From: an uncultured Gemmatimonadota bacterium
GTDB taxonomy: Bacteria > JAAXHH01
Assembly (NCBI GenBank): GCA_951812955.1
Contig: OX638340.1
Location: forward strand, 2,432,001-2,496,000
Length of the DNA stretch: 64,000 nucleotides
Direction: 5' to 3'
A program made the translations under genes and the position numbers. Below the pieces are notes generated by a model. That model saw only the letters and a program-made list of their open reading frames with translations, made no database searches and was not told the DNA's origin. Shown one piece after another: positions 57,195-64,000 of the stretch. Every line of letters begins with the position of its first letter. Positions within the stretch are counted from its first letter, which is position 1.

Positions 57195-58304
57195 TCAGTC
57201 ATAAGGCGTCACCGCGCCTTCGTGGACGCGGAAACGGGTAATCCCGCGCCGGTAGTCCCCGATATCGCTTTCTTTGGCCGTCGTAATGAAGGTCTGGCCG
57301 TACGTGGGAACCATTTCCATCAGGCGGCCCGTCCTGGCAGCGTCGATCTCCGCGAAGATGTCATCGAGAAGCAGCAGCGGGGGGGCCTGCAACTGGCGCC
57401 AGAGAAAGCGGGCTTCCGCCAGCTTCAGGGCCGTCGCCGCCGTCTTGTGCTGCCCCTGCGATCCAAATGTCTGCAGCGACACCCCGTTCATCCGGATGGA
57501 CAGGTCGTCCCGGTGCGGCCCCACCTCCGTCATGCCCCGCGCCCGTTCCCGGGACGCGGCACGGTCCAGCGCCTCCTCGAAGGCGGCCTCGATATCGGCC
57601 AGGGCCTCGAAATCGAAGGATGGCGCATAGCCGATCTCCAGTCGCTCCGCGTCTTCACTGACGGAGGCGTGAATACCCGACGCTTCATCCTTCAGGTCCG
57701 CGATCACTTCCACCCGTTTCCTCATGATGCGGCTGCCAAGCTCGACAAGCGGCACGTTCCATACTTCGAGGTCTCCCATCCTTCCCGGGTTCTCCTGTAA
57801 CGCACGCAAGGCCTCGTTGCGTTGGCGGACCACCCGTCTGTACTCCTGCAGGGCGGAAAGATACGCCGCGTTGGACTGCGAGATCGCAATGTCCAGAAAA
57901 CGCCGGCGTGAACTCGGCGAGCCCTGGACGAGCCTCCGGTCGTCCGGTGAAATCACCACGGCTGCCAGGATGCCGTACAGATCCGACAGGTTCCGCCGGG
58001 GAGACTCGTTTACGAATACCTTCTTTCCCGCCTGGCGGGCGTACCTGATCTGCACCTCGACCTCCCTGCCCTCCGCCGACCGCCCCGTTCCCTGTATCAG
58101 GAAATGGTCCGATCCCATGCGCACGAGATCCCGGTCCTGTGACTCGCGGCAGGAACGGGCCACGCATAGGTAGTAAATCGCCTCCAGGAGGTTGGTCTTG
58201 CCCTGGCCGTTCGTTCCGATAAAAACATTTGTCTGTAAATCACAGGCCAGCGACAGGTCCGTGTAATTCCTGAAATGGCGGAGGTCCAGCCCTTGCAGGT
58301 GCAC
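57195..58304 (-). CDS. recF: DNA replication and repair protein RecF
   Basis: MHLQGLDLRHFRNY…GTNGQGKTNLLEAIYYL Walker A and an SMC-like signature. Confidence 0.9.
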   Translation of the reverse strand: MHLQGLDLRHFRNYTDLSLACDLQTNVFIGTNGQGKTNLLEAIYYLCVARSCRESQDRDLVRMGSDHFLIQGTGRSAEGREVEVQIRYARQAGKKVFVNESPRRNLSDLYGILAAVVISPDDRRLVQGSPSSRRRFLDIAISQSNAAYLSALQEYRRVVRQRNEALRALQENPGRMGDLEVWNVPLVELGSRIMRKRVEVIADLKDEASGIHASVSEDAERLEIGYAPSFDFEALADIEAAFEEALDRAASRERARGMTEVGPHRDDLSIRMNGVSLQTFGSQGQHKTAATALKLAEARFLWRQLQAPPLLLLDDIFAEIDAARTGRLMEMVPTYGQTFITTAKESDIGDYRRGITRFRVHEGAVTPYD

Positions 58305-58306
58305 CT

Positions 58307-59437
58307 TTAACTTTCCGGTTCGGTCGTTCTAAAGGGCATGATCAGGCACTGGTAGTCCTCGCCCTCCGCTTCTTCTTTGGAAGGGGTGATGATCCCCGCG
58401 CTGACGGGTGAATCGAGTTTGAAAACCACTTCGTCGCTCTCGATCCGTTCCACGACATCGAGCAGATACCGGAAGTCGTAGGTCGTATCCATGGCTTCAC
58501 CTTCGTATTCGGCCGGCACTTCCTCCCGGGCTTCTCCGCCGATGTCATGGCTGGACGAACTCAATTCGACGAACCCCGGCCGGAACGAATACCGAATCTG
58601 CCGGGTGGAGGGGTTGGACAGGACGGACACCCGACGGACGGCGCTTTCCAGTTCTTCGCGGTTCACCTTGACCACCTTGTCGTTCCCCGTGGGAATAACC
58701 CGTTCGTAATCCGGATAGGTCGCTTCGATCAGCCTGGCGAACAGCTGGGCGTTCTCGAGTTCGAAATGGACGTGGTTCTGGCCGATCGTGATGCGGGACG
58801 GCGTATCCGATTCTCCGATGAGGCGCGAGAGGTTGTTCAGCGCTTTTGGCGGCACGATGATCCCCTCCGTGCCCTCATCGGAAACATCACAGGGGAGGGT
58901 CGTCTTGGCCAGGCGGTGCCCATCGGTTGCCACCATCCGGACGGCGCCTCTGCCTATGCGCAGGAAAGCGCCCCACAGACTCGGGTGTATCTCGTCCTTC
59001 GATACCGCATACACTGTCTTGCGGATCAACCGCTGCAACGAAGACGCCGGCAGGGAAATGGTCTGATCCGAAGGCAGATCGGGCATCGCCGGGTACTCTT
59101 CCTTGCTGATGCCCACCAGGCGGAACACCCCCCTGTCGCACCTGACCGTCACCTTGACCCCGTCCACCTCGATATCCACGGGCGCATCTGGTAACTCGCG
59201 CACCATCTCCGCGAATTTCCTTCCGGGCACCGTGATAGAGCCTCCCTCCGTTATCTGGGCGGGTATCTTCGTCACGATGAATATATCCAGATCGGTGGCC
59301 CCTATCGTCAGGTGGCCATCTTCGGTCTCGAGCAGCAAGTTGGACAGGATGGGCAGGGTGGACTTCGGTGGGACGACATTCAGGACGGTCTGTATACCGC
59401 TCATCAGCGTGGAACTGGCCGGTATGGTGATCTTCAC
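58307..59437 (-). CDS. dnaN: DNA polymerase III beta sliding clamp
   Basis: VKITIPASSTLMSGIQTVLNVVPPKSTLPILSNLLLETEDGHLTIGATDLD… The start is placed at the GTG (VKITI); the track ORF has an upstream extension. Confidence 0.85.
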   Translation of the reverse strand: MKITIPASSTLMSGIQTVLNVVPPKSTLPILSNLLLETEDGHLTIGATDLDIFIVTKIPAQITEGGSITVPGRKFAEMVRELPDAPVDIEVDGVKVTVRCDRGVFRLVGISKEEYPAMPDLPSDQTISLPASSLQRLIRKTVYAVSKDEIHPSLWGAFLRIGRGAVRMVATDGHRLAKTTLPCDVSDEGTEGIIVPPKALNNLSRLIGESDTPSRITIGQNHVHFELENAQLFARLIEATYPDYERVIPTGNDKVVKVNREELESAVRRVSVLSNPSTRQIRYSFRPGFVELSSSSHDIGGEAREEVPAEYEGEAMDTTYDFRYLLDVVERIESDEVVFKLDSPVSAGIITPSKEEAEGEDYQCLIMPFRTTEPES

Positions 59438-59512
59438 AGAGGTACTCCTTTGGGCAATCGTCGCCGGTTGCCTTGTTCGATGCACTCGGCATGGAATGAA
59501 CAAAGGCCGCAA

Positions 59513-60180
59513 TTTGTACAGTAACCTTTTACCACTATTGAATATTATAAAGAAAACAGGAGGCAGTACGCAAGGGATTTGTGAGGCAAATCCTACTTCA
59601 TGTTGTATAACGGCGTGGGTAGTCCACTGAAAAAGTACAATATATTGTGTATATGTATTAATATAGTATGAGTATATAAGAAAGACATAATACTAATAAA
59701 GGATGTGGATATGTGCATAAGTGCGTCATATGGATGATAACCACCAATTAAATCAGTTAATTACGTAAAAAACACCATGTGGAAAAAGTAGCACCTAAAC
59801 AGATGTTTATCCACACTTATCCACACACTAAAGACCAGGTACGGCAAAAACACCCGTTTATACACATTGCATCGACAATTCCTATACCCTTATCCCCCGG
59901 GTTATCCACATTAAATACAGCCCCGAATGGGCCTGTTGCGTACATGAACTGACCCGCACCGCTACGTGGCCGTTCCGTCCGGATCGGAAGCCTATCCACA
60001 TCGAGGTCGGATTCCCGTAGTGGATAGGTGTGGAAACTTCGGAAACACAGCGAGTAAACTCTTGTCGGAGAGGAGGTTATGATAGTCTTATATTGTCAAC
60101 AAAATGTGGATAACCACCAACTTATCCACATCGTGGTGGGGGAATTGCCTGGTTGGAGAGGGTGTTGAACGGCAGGCGGG
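59513..60180. other. oriC: Chromosomal replication origin oriC (DnaA-box cluster plus AT-rich unwinding region)
   Basis: TTATCCACA-type boxes at ~59827, 59837, 59902, 59992 (CTATCCACA), 60020 (rc), 60105 (rc) and 60122, plus weaker ones (TGTGGATAT ~59704). An AT-rich stretch lies at 59580-59800. Located between dnaA and dnaN. Confidence 0.8.
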
Positions 60181-61542
<1,362 letters not shown>

Positions 61543-61806
61543 TGCGTATTACCTTGTGGACCGAAGGAAATGGAATGCCCGTGAACGGACCGGTGGAATC
61601 CCGGTCCGAAAACATACTCGTACGCTCGCATGTTACATGCTAAATTGTTGTAATTACTACATTTAAGGTGGTGTTTGGTACTACAACAAATCCACGGCAG
61701 GCGGAAACGTTGCGGGTAGTATCTGAACAATAGTATGTAACGCGAAGCGGGTGCTGTCAAGATTAATATCGAAAAGATTTGCGCCTTCTCGATTACCAAA
61801 AACAAC

Positions 61807-61835
61807 TTGACAAAATCGCGATCGCCCGGTATTAT
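61807..61835 (+). promoter_or_regulatory. sigma70-type promoter of rpmH (TTGACA-N17-TATTAT)
   Basis: cTTGACAaaatcgcgatcgcccggTATTATcg read directly, ~50 nt upstream of the rpmH ATG. Confidence 0.6.
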
Positions 61836-61884
61836 CGAGGGCTGTTATTTTTAAGAAAAAAGCAGGAAATACCGGGAGTAAACG

Positions 61885-62019
61885 ATGAAGCGGACCTTTC
61901 AACCGAGCAATCTCAAGCGGCACCGCAGGCACGGCTTTCGTCGAAGGATGAGCACCAAGGCGGGACGGCTGATTCTGAATCGCCGCCGCGCCAAGGGAAG
62001 GACCCGCGTTGCCGTTTAG
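61885..62019 (+). CDS. rpmH: 50S ribosomal protein L34
   Basis: Manual translation: [44 protein letters not shown] (44 aa). Not in the ORF track because of its size. Confidence 0.85.
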   Translation: MKRTFQPSNLKRHRRHGFRRRMSTKAGRLILNRRRAKGRTRVAV

Positions 62020-62051
62020 GCGCCGCCCGAGTGCGGCAGGACCGATGTGCC

Positions 62052-62423
62052 ATGGCCGCCGGTTCCCGACGTTTCCCCCAAGACGAACGCATGAGACACC
62101 GGTGGGAGTTCGAACGAGTCAGGAAGAGCGGGCAGACCGTCCGGGGACGTTCAATGATCCTGTCCCTGGCCCCCTGCCCGGACCGGCTTGAACGCCGGGT
62201 CGGATTCGTCGTGACCAGGCGCTACCGCGGAGCGGTCAAGCGTAATCTGGTCCGCCGGAGAATGCGAGAGATCTACCGGCTGAACAGAAGCCGTCTGAAG
62301 AGGGGGATGCATCTGGTGCTCATCGCCCGAAGTCCCGGGCAGGAAGCAACGTACCGCCAGATGAACGAAGAGTTCCTGTCCCTCTACCGTACCGCGGTGA
62401 CACGCATATGTGGAAAAGGCTGA
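62052..62423 (+). CDS. rnpA: Ribonuclease P protein component
   Basis: …[34 protein letters not shown]…[21 protein letters not shown]… basic RnpA pattern directly after rpmH. The start is taken at the ATG at 62052. Confidence 0.75.
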   Translation: MAAGSRRFPQDERMRHRWEFERVRKSGQTVRGRSMILSLAPCPDRLERRVGFVVTRRYRGAVKRNLVRRRMREIYRLNRSRLKRGMHLVLIARSPGQEATYRQMNEEFLSLYRTAVTRICGKG

Positions 62424-62662
62424 CCACGGCAATCACGACCACGCTCGTCTGGGGTGTCCGCGGATACCAACTCGCCGTATCCCCGCTCCTTCCGCCAAGT
62501 TGCAGGTTTACCCCCACCTGTTCAAAGTACGCCATCGAAGCGCTGGAACGAAAGGGCCCGTTCAACGGAACCTGGCTGGCCGTGCGAAGACTGCTGCGTT
62601 GCCATCCCTTTCACCCGGGCGGTTTCGATCCGGTTGATCGACCGGGTGAACCAGGTGGTTGA
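62408..62662 (+). CDS. yidD: Membrane protein insertion efficiency factor YidD
   Basis: …[54 protein letters not shown]… YidD signature. Overlaps the rnpA end. Confidence 0.8.
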   Translation: MWKRLTTAITTTLVWGVRGYQLAVSPLLPPSCRFTPTCSKYAIEALERKGPFNGTWLAVRRLLRCHPFHPGGFDPVDRPGEPGG

Positions 62663-62773
62663 GGTGGTAGAATCGAACCGGACGGCTGAAGCGGTTGAAG
62701 CGGCCCAGGCGGCTTAGGCGGACCACTCGATTAGCCGCAGGCCACGGCTTGAAACCCTGGAATCACATCGACA

Positions 62774-64000
62774 ATGGAAAAACGGGTACTCGGCGCATTC
62801 GGGCTCATCATACTGACCTGGATCGGTTATTACTACATTATATATCCCATGTACGCGCCCGATCTTCCTCCTCCGGTCGACCGGACGATTACGCAGGAGC
62901 AGCCGGGAGACTTTGCGACTGGGGATGGACCGGTGGGAGACTTTCCCGCTGGAGAGACCGAGGTACCGGCATTTGACGCCCCGGCGGACGCCGCAAGGCA
63001 GGAGCCGGTGCGGACGCCGTCCGCCCGTAACACATCCACCCCTCGACCCGAACAGGCCGCGGAAAGCTGGGACCGTTCGGAGCGCGTGCTGTATCTCCCC
63101 TCTGCCGAAAACGCCGCCGAACCCCGTGAAATTGTCGTAGAGAACCAGTACTACCGCGGTGTGATCAGCACGGTGGGAGGCGTCATAACCAGTTGGAAAC
63201 TAAAGGGATATAGAGGAATCGGCGGGGACGACGTGGAACTCATCCCACCCGATCGCGAAACCGGCCCCGATATCGTGCTCACCACGGAGCGGGGACCTCG
63301 CAGCACCCGCGCCCTTCGCTTCACCGCGGACCGCGACGCGGTCGTGCTGGGTCCCGGGCAGGCCTCGGGATCGCTCACGCTCACGGCCGATACGCCTGGA
63401 GGGCTCTCCGTTACCAAGGTATTCGTGATCAACCGGGACGACTACGCCGTGGACCTCCAGGTGAAGCTAAGCGGCGGGGAGAACCTGCTCCTGGGCAGCA
63501 AGTACTATCTCCGGTGGGGCGGCGGAATCAGCGTGACGGAGAAGGACTGGGACCAGGACCTTTACGCCTTTCGGGGTTTCGCTTCGCTCAACGACACGGT
63601 GATCGATGAAGACCTCGGTAGCGAGCTGGAAGACCCCAGGCCCGAGACCACGGGCGAGACCCACTGGGTCGGCGTCCGTAGCAAGTATTTCTTCACCGCC
63701 ATGGTGCCCGTGGACCGGAAGGCCAGGGGCTACCGGCTGAACGGCCGGCCCGTGCAGCGCCCGCAATACGACGACCGGCAGATCGCCGCGGAGCTGTCCA
63801 TGGGGCTTGCGTCTCCGCTTGTGGACAACTTCCTCCTCTACCTCGGACCGGTTCACTACGATACCCTGGAACAGTACGGATACGGCCTCGAGGGCGCCGT
63901 CGACCTCGGATGGGCGATCATTCAGCCCATCAGCCGGATCACGCTCATTTCGCTGGTCTGGCTGCACCAGTTCATTACCAATTACGGCGTCGTCATCATG
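62774..64000 (+). CDS. yidC: Membrane protein insertase YidC (3' end beyond window)
   Basis: Manual translation from the ATG at 62774: MEKRVLGAFGLIILTWIGYYYIIYPMY…, a long periplasmic domain, and ending …ITLISLVWLHQFITNYGVVIM at the window edge (start of the conserved YidC core). No stop codon before the window end, hence absent from the track. Confidence 0.8.
   Translation, partial: MEKRVLGAFGLIILTWIGYYYIIYPMYAPDLPPPVDRTITQEQPGDFATGDGPVGDFPAGETEVPAFDAPADAARQEPVRTPSARNTSTPRPEQAAESWDRSERVLYLPSAENAAEPREIVVENQYYRGVISTVGGVITSWKLKGYRGIGGDDVELIPPDRETGPDIVLTTERGPRSTRALRFTADRDAVVLGPGQASGSLTLTADTPGGLSVTKVFVINRDDYAVDLQVKLSGGENLLLGSKYYLRWGGGISVTEKDWDQDLYAFRGFASLNDTVIDEDLGSELEDPRPETTGETHWVGVRSKYFFTAMVPVDRKARGYRLNGRPVQRPQYDDRQIAAELSMGLASPLVDNFLLYLGPVHYDTLEQYGYGLEGAVDLGWAIIQPISRITLISLVWLHQFITNYGVVIM

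Overview
This is a high-GC (about 65-70% by eye) bacterial chromosomal segment. No rRNA, tRNA, CRISPR array or transposase is evident.

The right end is the replication-origin neighbourhood. On the + strand are rpmH, rnpA, yidD and yidC (truncated at the window end). On the - strand are dnaA, an AT-rich oriC with six or more TTATCCACA DnaA boxes, dnaN, recF, a DUF721/DciA-like gene, gyrB and gyrA.

Immediately leftward is a LysW amino-group-carrier-protein operon on the - strand. It runs lysW, a strong intrinsic terminator, two tandem LysX/ArgX-type ATP-grasp ligases, lysY, an embedded hisS, lysZ, lysJ and lysK, with overlapping start/stop codons throughout.

Further left are a MoxR-VWA-DUF4159 triad and a system I cytochrome c maturation cluster. 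The ccm cluster runs ccmE (with a CxxxY instead of HxxxY heme-binding motif), two unknown membrane or secreted proteins, then ccmABCD. Next come trmJ, truA, an orphan ecfT preceded by a near-consensus sigma70 promoter and a roughly 290-nt leader, and a lower-GC hicB-hicA pair. After these are thrC, a DUF1207-like outer-membrane protein, acnA, gap, a one-polypeptide GAF-PAS-HisKA-HATPase-REC-OmpR hybrid regulator, and a large secreted repeat protein.

The most unusual part is a visibly lower-GC accessory block at roughly 9.3-19.2 kb. It contains an ICMT-family methyltransferase and two diverged, inversely oriented Ste24/HtpX-type M48 peptidases. Between the M48 genes is an 8-gene minus-strand operon:
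- a 94-aa Gly/Ala-rich secreted hydrophobic peptide precursor;
- a SpoIIM/DUF95-like membrane protein;
- a polytopic membrane protein;
- the second M48 peptidase;
- an unknown 406-aa secreted protein;
- a Yip1-domain membrane protein;
- an HlyD adaptor;
- a MacB/FtsX-type permease with no ATPase partner.
I read this as a candidate bacteriocin-like peptide production, processing and immunity-efflux system of a type I do not recognise as described.

The left part carries a probably frameshifted NrfH/NapC-like tetraheme cytochrome, an octaheme lipoprotein cytochrome c with an orphan low-GC gene, an ArsR regulator, an AbiEi/AbiEii pair, osmC and a DUF4143 AAA ATPase. At the far left is a lexA-imuA-imuB SOS mutagenesis cassette with a palindrome in the lexA promoter; imuB runs off the window start.

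Many long antisense or alternate-frame ORFs in the track are high-GC artefacts.
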